NCBI GenBank assembly: GCA_016190205.1
Contig: JACPQZ010000045.1
Location: forward strand, 33,923 to 97,922
Origin: Candidatus Omnitrophota bacterium
GTDB taxonomy: Bacteria; Omnitrophota; JACPQZ01
Direction: 5' to 3'
DNA: 64,000 nt
Position 1 is the first letter of the stretch. Each line of letters begins with the position of its first letter. Below are positions 39,013 to 47,832 of this stretch, piece after piece. The notes below the pieces were generated by a model. That model saw only the letters and a program-made list of their open reading frames with translations, was not told the origin of the DNA and made no database searches. The position numbers and the translations under genes were made by a program.

Positions 39013-40355
39013 CCGTAGAATTTATGGACCGGTTCATGAGCTGGGTGCATGATGAGAACGCCATCTGGGTACATATGGGGCCGCAGGCGCGAGAGGCCCT
39101 CGGCATGCCCGCCTTTCAGCCTCTACCCTTTATTCGCGGCGCGTCCCTGCCTGAGCTTAAACACTGGCTTTCCGGATCCCGCCGACCGGTGCACTGCCTG
39201 CCCTATGAAGCCATGCCCCTTTTGGAAGATATGGCGCGGGAATACACCGACCTGCGCATCCTCTGCCCTCCGCAGCGCATCAAGGCCAAATTTGACGATA
39301 GGGCATTTGTCCGCGATATGCTTCCCCGCATAGGAGTCCGGACGCTTCGCGGGGAAGGCGCGCAACTGGACGTCCTTGATTTTCGTGCCTGTACAGAACA
39401 TTATGGTGTTCCGTTCGCGATTCAATTTCCATACCGCACCGGCAAAGAAGTGCATGCGGTGACCGACCCCCGAGACCTCAAGTCGCTCAAGGAAAAATTT
39501 GGCGGCATTCCCGTCCATGTTACGGTGTACGCCGCCGGCCCCTTCATCAACACGCACGCCGTCATCCTGGAAGACCGCCGGGGCCTTCACGTGCTCGCGG
39601 GCCCTCTATCTGTAGAGTTCAGAGGCAACCGCGAGACCTCCCCCGCGGGCATCACTCCTATCGGAAGTGATTTTCGGGCCATGGAAAGAATCCCCTTGGC
39701 GAGACTGATTGAAATTCAACAGCTCGCACGTCGCATCGGCAAGTGGATGGCGGAGCAGGGTTATCGGGGGCTCTACGGTGCCGATTTCTCGGTCGGCGAC
39801 CACGCGACCCTCGTTGCGCTCCGGCCCTCGTTGCAACCCTCCACTTCGCTCGTGACGCAGCTCTGTTACGAAAGGAAGGAGGCGCTTCATCTGGCCGCAC
39901 ACATGGCCCAATTTTTTCCGAGCGCCCCAAGACCCACGCCCCGGGAAAGGTCTCGTCAATATGAACTCTCCTTCGTCCCTCTTAAAGGCTCCCAGCTCAT
40001 CCTGTACAATGATGGCAGTGAAAATCTGCGTGTGACAAACTCCCTGCGGGAGGGAGTCTACCGCCCGGGGGCGGGAGCGCCCCGTTATATACGTCCGGGC
40101 GCGTCCATCTCGGAGCTCAAAGACGAACAGGAATTCCTGATCCTGTGCGGGTCACCCGGACGGGCCGAACTCTTTGACCCAGGGGCCCGGCTCATCACCC
40201 TTCAGGCCAGGACCTCGTTTTTCGCACCTGATTTGAAGAATCTTACACCCCGGTTCCGCGGGCTTTGCGACGAGCTGATCCGAACCTTAAACCCTAAACC
40301 GGAGAAAGGTCTTGTAGCGGATTCAGCACTCTTGTATACTAACAGTGATACGTAA
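39009..40355 (+). CDS. Degenerate ATP-grasp-like protein
   Basis: GYRGLYGADF followed by ALRPSLQPST in place of EINPRFQGS. Confidence 0.55.
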   Translation: MTVEFMDRFMSWVHDENAIWVHMGPQAREALGMPAFQPLPFIRGASLPELKHWLSGSRRPVHCLPYEAMPLLEDMAREYTDLRILCPPQRIKAKFDDRAFVRDMLPRIGVRTLRGEGAQLDVLDFRACTEHYGVPFAIQFPYRTGKEVHAVTDPRDLKSLKEKFGGIPVHVTVYAAGPFINTHAVILEDRRGLHVLAGPLSVEFRGNRETSPAGITPIGSDFRAMERIPLARLIEIQQLARRIGKWMAEQGYRGLYGADFSVGDHATLVALRPSLQPSTSLVTQLCYERKEALHLAAHMAQFFPSAPRPTPRERSRQYELSFVPLKGSQLILYNDGSENLRVTNSLREGVYRPGAGAPRYIRPGASISELKDEQEFLILCGSPGRAELFDPGARLITLQARTSFFAPDLKNLTPRFRGLCDELIRTLNPKPEKGLVADSALLYTNSDT

Positions 40356-40395
40356 ACAATCCGATCAGGCTAACGGCGATGCCTGACAAAATGCC

Positions 40396-41886
40396 ATGCC
40401 CCCAACATACCGTAACTATATAGACGGTAAGTGGATCCCGTCAACTTCCTGCCACGTTATCCGAGACTTAAACCCCGCTGATTTTAGAGACTGTCTGGGC
40501 GAGTTTCCCGAATCGGGACCGGATGAAATCAGCCAAGCAGTCCGCGCAGCCCACAGGGCCTTTGCATCCTGGAGACGTGTCCCCGCGCCCGCAAGGGGAG
40601 AATTCGTGGCGCGCTGGGGGGAGCTCATTGCGCGCGATGAGGAAGCGCTCGCCCGCCTCATTACGATGGAAAACGGCAAGACGCTTCAGGAATCGAAAAG
40701 CGAAGTGAAGGAGGCCTTCGACTTCGCACGCTTCATGAGCGCCCAGGCCCGCCTCATCGAAGGGTCCACATTTCCTTCTCAGCATGAACGTCGTCTGCTC
40801 ATGACGTTAAGACAGCCTGTCGGCGTGACGGCCCTGATCACCCCCTGGAATTTTCCGATTCTGATACCCTGCTGGAAGCTGTTTCCAGCCCTCATCTGCG
40901 GCAATACCGTTATCCTCAAGCCTGCTGAAGAGTGCCCGCTCGCAGCCCACCGCCTGGTTGAACTCGCCGCCGAGGCGGGCCTCGCGCCCGGGGTAGTCAA
41001 CTTGATACATGGCTCCGGAGAGGGGACCGGGCGGACCCTCGTCAAACACCCCGGAGTGGCCCTCGTATCCTTCACCGGCTCTACAGAAACGGGCCGCCGG
41101 ATTGCCCAAGAGTGTGCGCTCAGCCTCAAGCGCCACGTCCTCGAGCTGGGCGGCAAAAACGCGCAGATCGTGCTCGCAGACGCGGATCTTACGGAAGCAG
41201 TCGAGGGGGCCGTCGTCGGGGCTTACAAAACGACAGGCCAGCGCTGTACGGCAACCAGCCGAATCATTGTGGAACAGACCGTAGCCGGCTCATTCAGTGA
41301 ACGCTTTCTGGAACGCACGAAACAGATACGCGTGGGTAACGGGCTCGACGCGAATGTCGACATGGGCCCGCTGGTCAGCGAATCCAGGCGCAAGCGGGTC
41401 CACGCCTATGTCGAAGCGGGACGGCGGGAGGGGGCCCATTTGCTTCTGGGCGGTTACTTCTACGAGAGCGAGCCGTTGGCCCAGGGCGCCTTTTATCCCC
41501 CTACGGTGTTTGACTCGGTCAAACCCGGTATGGCCATCGCCCGGGAGGAAATCTTCGGGCCCGTAATCTGCCTCATGGAAGCGGAAGATCTCGAGGCGGC
41601 CCTATTAGACTTAAACAATAACCCCTACGGACTTTCCGCCTCCGTCTATACCAGTAACATGCACACGGCGCTCGAGGCAGTGGAGCGCATTGAGGCGGGT
41701 CTCGTGTACATCAACAGCCCAACCACGGGATCGGAGCTCCATATGCCTTTTGGCGGGGTAAAGGCAACGGGTGACGGACACCGCGAGGCGGGCCGCTACG
41801 GCTTGAACATTTTCAGCGAGTGGAAAAGCGCGTATATCAACTATGGGCGGCGCGTCTCAAGGGTCGAGCTTCAAACCCCTGCATGA
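40396..41886 (+). CDS. Aldehyde dehydrogenase
   Basis: PWNFP, KPAE, FTGS, ELGGKN, GQRC, EEIFGP, PFGG. Confidence 0.95.
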   Translation: MPPTYRNYIDGKWIPSTSCHVIRDLNPADFRDCLGEFPESGPDEISQAVRAAHRAFASWRRVPAPARGEFVARWGELIARDEEALARLITMENGKTLQESKSEVKEAFDFARFMSAQARLIEGSTFPSQHERRLLMTLRQPVGVTALITPWNFPILIPCWKLFPALICGNTVILKPAEECPLAAHRLVELAAEAGLAPGVVNLIHGSGEGTGRTLVKHPGVALVSFTGSTETGRRIAQECALSLKRHVLELGGKNAQIVLADADLTEAVEGAVVGAYKTTGQRCTATSRIIVEQTVAGSFSERFLERTKQIRVGNGLDANVDMGPLVSESRRKRVHAYVEAGRREGAHLLLGGYFYESEPLAQGAFYPPTVFDSVKPGMAIAREEIFGPVICLMEAEDLEAALLDLNNNPYGLSASVYTSNMHTALEAVERIEAGLVYINSPTTGSELHMPFGGVKATGDGHREAGRYGLNIFSEWKSAYINYGRRVSRVELQTPA

Positions 41887-42221
41887 AGCTCGCCCTTTCA
41901 CTACTCGCCGCGGCGATCTTGTCGGCTGGCTGTATCGCGCGAACACTGTATGTAAAATCGTCCCCGCCGGGGGCGGCGATCACCGTCAACCACGAGCTGA
42001 AGGGGACGACCCCCCTCACGCTGCCGTTTGATTACTACGGCACGTACCGTCTGCGGTTCGAACTGGAGGGGTACGAACCACTGGAGGTTAAGGAGAAAAT
42101 CAAGGGTCCTTGGTATGATTGGTTTCCCATAGACCTGGTAACCGAAATCTTACCGCTCGACTTAAAGGTGGAACGCAGCCTGACTTATAACCTGGCAGAA
42201 AAGAAAACACTAGAGCCCTAG
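41883..42221 (+). CDS. PEGA-domain lipoprotein
   Basis: Lipobox SAGC; S.PPGA.I.V....GTTP, GYE. Confidence 0.85.
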   Translation: MKLALSLLAAAILSAGCIARTLYVKSSPPGAAITVNHELKGTTPLTLPFDYYGTYRLRFELEGYEPLEVKEKIKGPWYDWFPIDLVTEILPLDLKVERSLTYNLAEKKTLEP

Positions 42222-42235
42222 AGGAGGGGTCCTCC

Positions 42236-42601
42236 ATGGAAACCGCCGTTCAAGAAAGAAGGGAATCTCAACGCTTGCCGGATTCCCTTGTTGTCCGGCA
42301 CCGGGTACTGGGGTCAAGGTCAAACAAGGAACGCTCGGTCACTAAGAACTTGAGTTTTCACGGCGTGGGTCTTCCTACCAGCCGGCGCCTGTCCCTTCGG
42401 TCGGTGGTAGAGATGGAAATTATCATCCCCATGCAAATCCTGCCGATCTTTGCCCTGGGTGAAGTCATGTGGATGAAGGAGACCTGGGAGAACGCGCGCC
42501 GTTTGTATGACATCGGCCTTCGCATCACAGACATCGACGAGTTTGACGAAGACAGAATTCAAAAATATATTCAGGTACGTTCCTGCGAGACCCAAGGATG
42601 A
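42236..42601 (+). CDS. PilZ-domain protein
   Basis: RRESQR and NLSFHG motifs. Confidence 0.85.
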   Translation: METAVQERRESQRLPDSLVVRHRVLGSRSNKERSVTKNLSFHGVGLPTSRRLSLRSVVEMEIIIPMQILPIFALGEVMWMKETWENARRLYDIGLRITDIDEFDEDRIQKYIQVRSCETQG

Positions 42602-42954
42602 AACAGGACCACCGTAAATTCCTGCGTTTCGAGGCCCCCCTGGACGCCCGCCTCCGTGTCCACGGCGAGAGGTCGCCGGCCCCCACTCCCATCCATGACG
42701 TCAGTAAGGAGGGTCTGCGACTCACTGCAAAACAAGTACTGCCCCAGGGGACAGAGGTCAAGCTGGAGATCATCCTCCCGGGAGAGCTGGTTCCTTTGTT
42801 CGCAGAGGCCCGTGTGCGCTGGTGCCAGCCGGCCCGGGAAGCGTGGCGCAGGGAGCATGACACAGGTTTGGAGATTACACGTATGGATCCTTTTGACCGC
42901 TCCCGGTTGCTCGATTTTGCGTACGAGAAATGGTTGCACACCCACATTCGCTGA
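42598..42954 (+). CDS. PilZ-domain protein
   Basis: RKFLR and DVSKEG motifs. Confidence 0.85.
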   Translation: MKQDHRKFLRFEAPLDARLRVHGERSPAPTPIHDVSKEGLRLTAKQVLPQGTEVKLEIILPGELVPLFAEARVRWCQPAREAWRREHDTGLEITRMDPFDRSRLLDFAYEKWLHTHIR

Positions 42955-42962
42955 TGTATAAT
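42934..42962 (+). promoter_or_regulatory. Sigma70-like promoter
   Basis: TTGCAC-17-TATAAT. Confidence 0.55.
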
Positions 42963-43027
42963 AACGCCACTTTATACGTCTATCCTAAAGTCAATGCGTT
43001 ATGCATCGTTATGGGGGAGGATAACAC

Positions 43028-43366
43028 ATGAAGCATGGGCTCGTAAAAATCACATCCCGAGCTGCCATCGTCCTATCGCTGGCCCTTGTCCTGGGTCCTA
43101 TTTGTCAGGCAGAGGCGGCGGATAATGCCGGTGGTAAGTTCGGGCGCGGTCTCGTCAACGTGGCGACCGGGTGGATGGAAGTATTCGCCAATATCATTGA
43201 GGTTTCCAAGGAGGAGAATCCCTTCCTGGGAATCACAGTAGGTACAGTTAAGGGTGTGGGCATGACACTGGCCCGCACGGGGAGTGGTCTTTTTGACGTT
43301 ATTACAGCTCCCTTTGAACCATACGACGAGCCTTTGGTGACGCCTGATTACGTCTGGAGTGAATAG
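43028..43366 (+). CDS. TIGR04073-like secreted protein, paralog 2
   Basis: KFGRGLVNVATGWME...GTVKG....R...G.FDVITAPF...PDYVW. Confidence 0.8.
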   Translation: MKHGLVKITSRAAIVLSLALVLGPICQAEAADNAGGKFGRGLVNVATGWMEVFANIIEVSKEENPFLGITVGTVKGVGMTLARTGSGLFDVITAPFEPYDEPLVTPDYVWSE

Positions 43367-43385
43367 CAGTAATTTCCAGTTTCAT

Positions 43386-43418
43386 AAAAAGGGTTCCCTT
43401 CAAGGGAACTCTTTTTTT
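43386..43418 (+). terminator. Intrinsic terminator
   Basis: AAAAAGGGTTCCCT-TCA-AGGGAACTCTTTTTTT. Confidence 0.8.
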
Positions 43419-43545
43419 GCTTTGTCTTAAAGACATTAGTAAATAAAAGTAAACATATTTATTATGACCTTTTGCGACCCAGATCTTGACTTTGCATAAA
43501 AAAACCAGGTATTTTTGAAGTGAACGATAACCTATTAGGGGGTTT

Positions 43546-44649
43546 ATGGAACGGGCAATCCTGGTATTAGAATCGGGCACCAAGCGAATCATCGATTTTA
43601 ACCATCATACCATCCGCCTGCTTCGTTTCGTCCCGAAGGAGCTCCTGGCGCTTTCATTCCAGGACTTTTTCTCTCGCGACGTAAAGGATTTCGTCTTGGA
43701 GGGGTACCTGAAGGCCCTCCACAAATCTCAATGCCGTGTGGATCAGGTCCTGATCAACCGAAAAGACGGTCCGCCCGTACCTGTAAGCATAGAATATCAA
43801 TGTCCAGATCCCAAGGGGAACGTGACGGTAATTATTTACCCCCTGTCAGACCAAAACGGCAACGGGGAATGGGATCCGCAGCAGGAGCTTACAGAGCTCC
43901 GGCAGGCATACCGGCGCCTTTCGGACTTGAACCTAACACTGAAGAAGAGGATTACACACCTGGCAGAGGTGCTCGCGCTTGCGGACGCCCGTTTCGATTC
44001 CGCGCAGGATGAGATGACAGAATCCCTCAGACAAAAGGAGGGCACGAAGAAAGAATGCCTGTCTCTCATGGCTTCGATCATCCGCTCCGTGGAAGAGCGC
44101 GATCCTTTGTCACGCGGCCACTCAGACCGCGTGGTGGTCTTCGCCTTCGAGATTGCGCAGGCCCTCAAACGCCCGGAAAAGGAGCTGGACATCATTCACA
44201 ATTACGGAGCGCTTTACGACATCGGTAAGGTGGGCATTGCGGAGGCCACGCTCACCAAACAAAACCCGCTGACCGACGAAGAAAGGCTTCTCATCACGGA
44301 TCACCCTGTGATCGGAACAAGAATCTTAAAGCACATACCGTGGATGGAGCCTGGTCTTGACCTCGTCCGACACCATCATGAGCGTTATGACGGATCCGGG
44401 TATCCCGATGGTCTCAAGGGCAAAGACATCCCGCTCCTGGCGCGTATTTTCATGGTCGCCGATGCCTTTGAGGCCATGACCCGTGACCGCGCGTACCGCA
44501 GGCGCCTTCCGGTCTTCAAGGCTATTCAGGAACTGGAACGACTTCAGGGAGCGCAGTTTGATCCCGGCATCGTAGATACCTTCAAAAACAAAGTCCTCTC
44601 ATCTCAACCCCACCTCCTCAACGAAACGAACGACGAATCCGCAGCCTGA
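43546..44649 (+). CDS. PAS + coiled coil + HD-GYP protein with HD changed to YD
   Basis: GHSDRV, LYDIGK, HHHERYDGSGYP. Confidence 0.85.
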   Translation: MERAILVLESGTKRIIDFNHHTIRLLRFVPKELLALSFQDFFSRDVKDFVLEGYLKALHKSQCRVDQVLINRKDGPPVPVSIEYQCPDPKGNVTVIIYPLSDQNGNGEWDPQQELTELRQAYRRLSDLNLTLKKRITHLAEVLALADARFDSAQDEMTESLRQKEGTKKECLSLMASIIRSVEERDPLSRGHSDRVVVFAFEIAQALKRPEKELDIIHNYGALYDIGKVGIAEATLTKQNPLTDEERLLITDHPVIGTRILKHIPWMEPGLDLVRHHHERYDGSGYPDGLKGKDIPLLARIFMVADAFEAMTRDRAYRRRLPVFKAIQELERLQGAQFDPGIVDTFKNKVLSSQPHLLNETNDESAA

Positions 44650-44896
44650 GAAAACTTGAGACTATAGACCTGAGACCCGAGACCCAAAGTCAAAGGTACA
44701 GCTGCCCGCCGCCTTGCCAGTTTCTTGTCTCGTGTCTCTTGTCTCGTGTCTCTTGTCTCGTGTCTAAAGTCTCCTTAGCCTGAGAAGACTTGAGACTATA
44801 GACCTGAGACCCGAGACCCAAAGTCAAAGGTACTGCTGCCCGCCGCCTTGCCAGTTTCTTGTCTCGTGTCTCTTGTCTCGTGTCTAAAGTCTCCTT
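44643..44896. repeat. Tandem duplication (134 + 120 bp) of a heptamer-armed element (GAGACCC / TGTCTCG)
   Basis: Unit 1 44643-44776, unit 2 44777-44896; differ by a 14-bp indel and two substitutions. Confidence 0.92.
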
Positions 44897-44900
44897 GCGA

Positions 44901-44929
44901 TTGACTTCACGAGCAGTCTATGATATTTT
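44901..44929 (+). promoter_or_regulatory. Sigma70-like promoter of the gcv operon
   Basis: TTGACT-17-TATTTT with extended TG. Confidence 0.5.
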
Positions 44930-44989
44930 GACGGTGCCGTTACCTGCCGGCTGACCTCTTTTTGACTACCTGACAACGTTAGCAAGTGA

Positions 44990-47440
44990 ATGCTTTTGTT
45001 TGAAGAATTCGTCACGCGTTTAAGCGACTTCGTTTGGGGCCCTCCCTCCATCCTCCTCCTCATTGGGACGGGAATCCTCCTTTCCTTCCGCACAGGTCTC
45101 ATCCAGCTAAAAAAATTCGGTCTTGGCCTGAAGATTATTCGCGGTGACTACGATGACCCCGGGATCGCCGGCGACGTCAGCCACTATCAGGCCCTCTCCA
45201 CAGCCCTGGCGGCCACGATCGGCACGGGCAATATCGTGGGCGTCGCTACGGCCATCGCGGTGGGGGGGCCAGGCGCCGTGTTTTGGATGTGGATTACAGC
45301 CCTGGTGGGAATGGCGACCAAGTATTCCTGCTGCCTCCTCGCCCTGCGTTACCGAACGACCGACCCATCGGGACACATAAGCGGCGGGCCCATGTACTAT
45401 CTGGAAAGGGGACTGGGCCTCAAGGCCCTCGGCCGGCTTTTTGCACTGTGCACGGTGGCTGCCGCCCTCGGCATCGGCAACCTGGTGCAGTCCCACTCCG
45501 CCGCCGATTACCTGCACAACACCTTCTCCATCCCGCAAGGGGTTACGAGCGTCGCCCTGGCCGTCCTCGTGGGTTTGGTTATTATCGGCGGGATCCGCCG
45601 CATCGCTCATGTGGCAAGCTTCCTGGTTCCTTTCATGTGCGCGTTTTACACCCTGGCGTGCTTGGTGGTGCTGGTACTTAACATCTCAAAGATTCCCGAG
45701 GCCCTGGGACTCATCTTTAAGCACGCCTTTACCCCTCTGGGGGCAACCGGAGGCTTTTTGGGGTCGAGCGTGCTCCTCACCATGCGCATGGGGGTCGCGC
45801 GCGGTATCTTCTCCAACGAGGCGGGCCTGGGAAGCGCCCCCATCGCCCACGCAGCCGCCAAGACCAAAGAACCGGTCAGGGAGGGGCTCGTAGCCATGAT
45901 GGGGCCTTTCATTGATACGATCCTGGTTTGCACCCTGACCGCGCTCGTCATAATCACCACCGGCGTATGGAGGGAAGGTCTGGATGGGGCCACCCTGTCC
46001 GCGCAGGCCTTCCACAGAGGACTGGGGATTTGGGGAGAGCGGGGAGTGGCCTTGAGCCTGCTGCTCTTCGTCTACACCACGATCATAGGCTGGTTTTACT
46101 ACGGCGACCGCGCACTGTATTATCTCACGGGGCCCCGGTACGCAACCGCCTACAAATGGCTCTGGACTTCGCTCGTGGCCGTCGGGGCCGTAGTCCAACT
46201 CAAGACGGTCTGGAATCTGGCCGACATTGCGAACGGGTTTATGGCCTTCCCCAATTTGGTGGGCCTCATCGGCCTGTCCGGTGTGGTCTCAAAGTCGACG
46301 CGGGATTATTTTGAACGCGTCAAGCGCGTCACGCCCCTGGTAGGCACGCACGAGCGCCTCGGGGGCCGCATGACGGACTTCCATGGCTGGTACCTTCCGC
46401 TTCAGTACTCGGGTATCCTGGAAGAGCACCGGGCCGTCCGGCAGGTGGCGGGGCTCTTCGACGCAAGCCACCTCGCCAAGATCCATATCACAGGAGAAGA
46501 CGCGCACAGCTTTGTCCAGAAACTCGTGGTCTCTGATTTATCCCGCATGGGAAGGGGAGATATCCTGTATACCCTGATCACAAATGAGAAGGGTGGCGTG
46601 CTTGACGATATCCTGGTTTATATGCATTCTCACCGTCATTATTTCTTGGTGACGAATGCGGTGCAAAGCGCAAAGGTCATTCCCTGGCTTCAAAAGCACC
46701 GTTTTCCGAACACCCAAATCCGAGACGCGACCCAGGCACTAGGCATGCTGGCCCTCCAGGGGCCGCGGGCCGTTGAGTTCCTTGAGCCGTATCTTAAGGC
46801 CTCTTACAAAAGGTTAAAACTCTATACCTTTGAACAGGGCACTTTTCAGAACAAGATCCCCGTCCTGGTCTCGCGGACCGGCTACACCGGCGAGGACGGA
46901 TTTGAGCTCATCCCTCCGGCAGGTAAATCGGCTTGGGTTTGGAATACGCTCTCGAATACCTTATTGAGCGACGGGACCCCGCTCGTGCCCTGCGGGTTGG
47001 GAGCCCGGGATACTTTACGGCTTGAGGCCGGAAATCTCTTGTCAGGCCAGGACTTTGACGAACGCAATAATCCCTTCGAGATCGGCCTAGGAAAACTTGT
47101 GCACTTCGAAAAACCCTACTTTCTGGGCAGGCCTGCCTTGGCCCGCCTTCATGCCCGGGAACCCCGCACGAGGCTTGCCGCCTTCACCCTGAAGGGGCGG
47201 GCCATCCCGAGATCCGGAAACCCTGTGTTCGGCGCGGGCGCAAGGGCAGGGGAGGTCACCAGCGGATCCTTCGCCCCGACGCTTGGCTACACCATCGGCC
47301 TCGCCCATATCGATTCATCTTTCTCCGCGCCGGGAACAGAGATCGAGATTGAAACGCGCGGCCAGCGCTTTCCCGGAGTCGTCACTTCCAAACCCTTTTA
47401 TCGTCGCAGGGCCCTGACCAGCCTTAAAGGAGCGCATTAA
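44990..47440 (+). CDS. gcvT: Fusion: AGCS family Na+/alanine-glycine symporter + glycine cleavage aminomethyltransferase T
   Basis: aa 1-443: ATIGTGNIVGV, GGPGAVFWMW, GGPMYY, FSNEAGLGSAP; aa 445-816: TPL...H, LFDASH, RTGYTGEDGFE, GLGARDTLRLEAG, PFY. Confidence 0.92.
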   Translation: MLLFEEFVTRLSDFVWGPPSILLLIGTGILLSFRTGLIQLKKFGLGLKIIRGDYDDPGIAGDVSHYQALSTALAATIGTGNIVGVATAIAVGGPGAVFWMWITALVGMATKYSCCLLALRYRTTDPSGHISGGPMYYLERGLGLKALGRLFALCTVAAALGIGNLVQSHSAADYLHNTFSIPQGVTSVALAVLVGLVIIGGIRRIAHVASFLVPFMCAFYTLACLVVLVLNISKIPEALGLIFKHAFTPLGATGGFLGSSVLLTMRMGVARGIFSNEAGLGSAPIAHAAAKTKEPVREGLVAMMGPFIDTILVCTLTALVIITTGVWREGLDGATLSAQAFHRGLGIWGERGVALSLLLFVYTTIIGWFYYGDRALYYLTGPRYATAYKWLWTSLVAVGAVVQLKTVWNLADIANGFMAFPNLVGLIGLSGVVSKSTRDYFERVKRVTPLVGTHERLGGRMTDFHGWYLPLQYSGILEEHRAVRQVAGLFDASHLAKIHITGEDAHSFVQKLVVSDLSRMGRGDILYTLITNEKGGVLDDILVYMHSHRHYFLVTNAVQSAKVIPWLQKHRFPNTQIRDATQALGMLALQGPRAVEFLEPYLKASYKRLKLYTFEQGTFQNKIPVLVSRTGYTGEDGFELIPPAGKSAWVWNTLSNTLLSDGTPLVPCGLGARDTLRLEAGNLLSGQDFDERNNPFEIGLGKLVHFEKPYFLGRPALARLHAREPRTRLAAFTLKGRAIPRSGNPVFGAGARAGEVTSGSFAPTLGYTIGLAHIDSSFSAPGTEIEIETRGQRFPGVVTSKPFYRRRALTSLKGAH

Positions 47441-47442
47441 CT

Positions 47443-47829
47443 ATGGAATTTCCCCATGATTTGAAATACACCTCAACGCATGAATGGATACGCATGGACG
47501 GAAACCGCGCCCGCGTGGGTGTCACGAGCTTTGCCGCGCAGGAGCTTTCGGACGTCGTATACGTGGATCTGCCCGAAGTCGGGAAGGAGGTCCAGGCGGG
47601 TCAGGAAGTTTCCGTGGTGGAGTCTGTGAAAGCGGCTTCATCGATCTATGCCCCCCTCGCAGGCAGGGTAGCAGACGTCAACACAGCCCTCAAATCAAAC
47701 CCGGCCCTCTTGAACGAGTCCTGTTATCAAGAGGGATGGATTTTTGAACTTGAGCTTACACCCGGCGCCCCGGCGCAGGGACTTCTCACTTCGAAGGAAT
47801 ACTTAAAAACGCTCGAAGGGGAAAAATAA
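47443..47829 (+). CDS. gcvH: Glycine cleavage system H protein
   Basis: HEW, VESVKAAS lipoyl-Lys, GWIF. Confidence 0.97.
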   Translation: MEFPHDLKYTSTHEWIRMDGNRARVGVTSFAAQELSDVVYVDLPEVGKEVQAGQEVSVVESVKAASSIYAPLAGRVADVNTALKSNPALLNESCYQEGWIFELELTPGAPAQGLLTSKEYLKTLEGEK

Positions 47830-47832
47830 GAA

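Noticed and set aside
44643-44896. Possible CRISPR array
   Set aside because: Only two long near-identical units with no unique spacers; no cas operon.
44930-44989. Glycine riboswitch upstream of the gcv operon
   Set aside because: Leader is about 60 nt and lacks the GGAGA/GAAGG/CTCTCAGG motifs.
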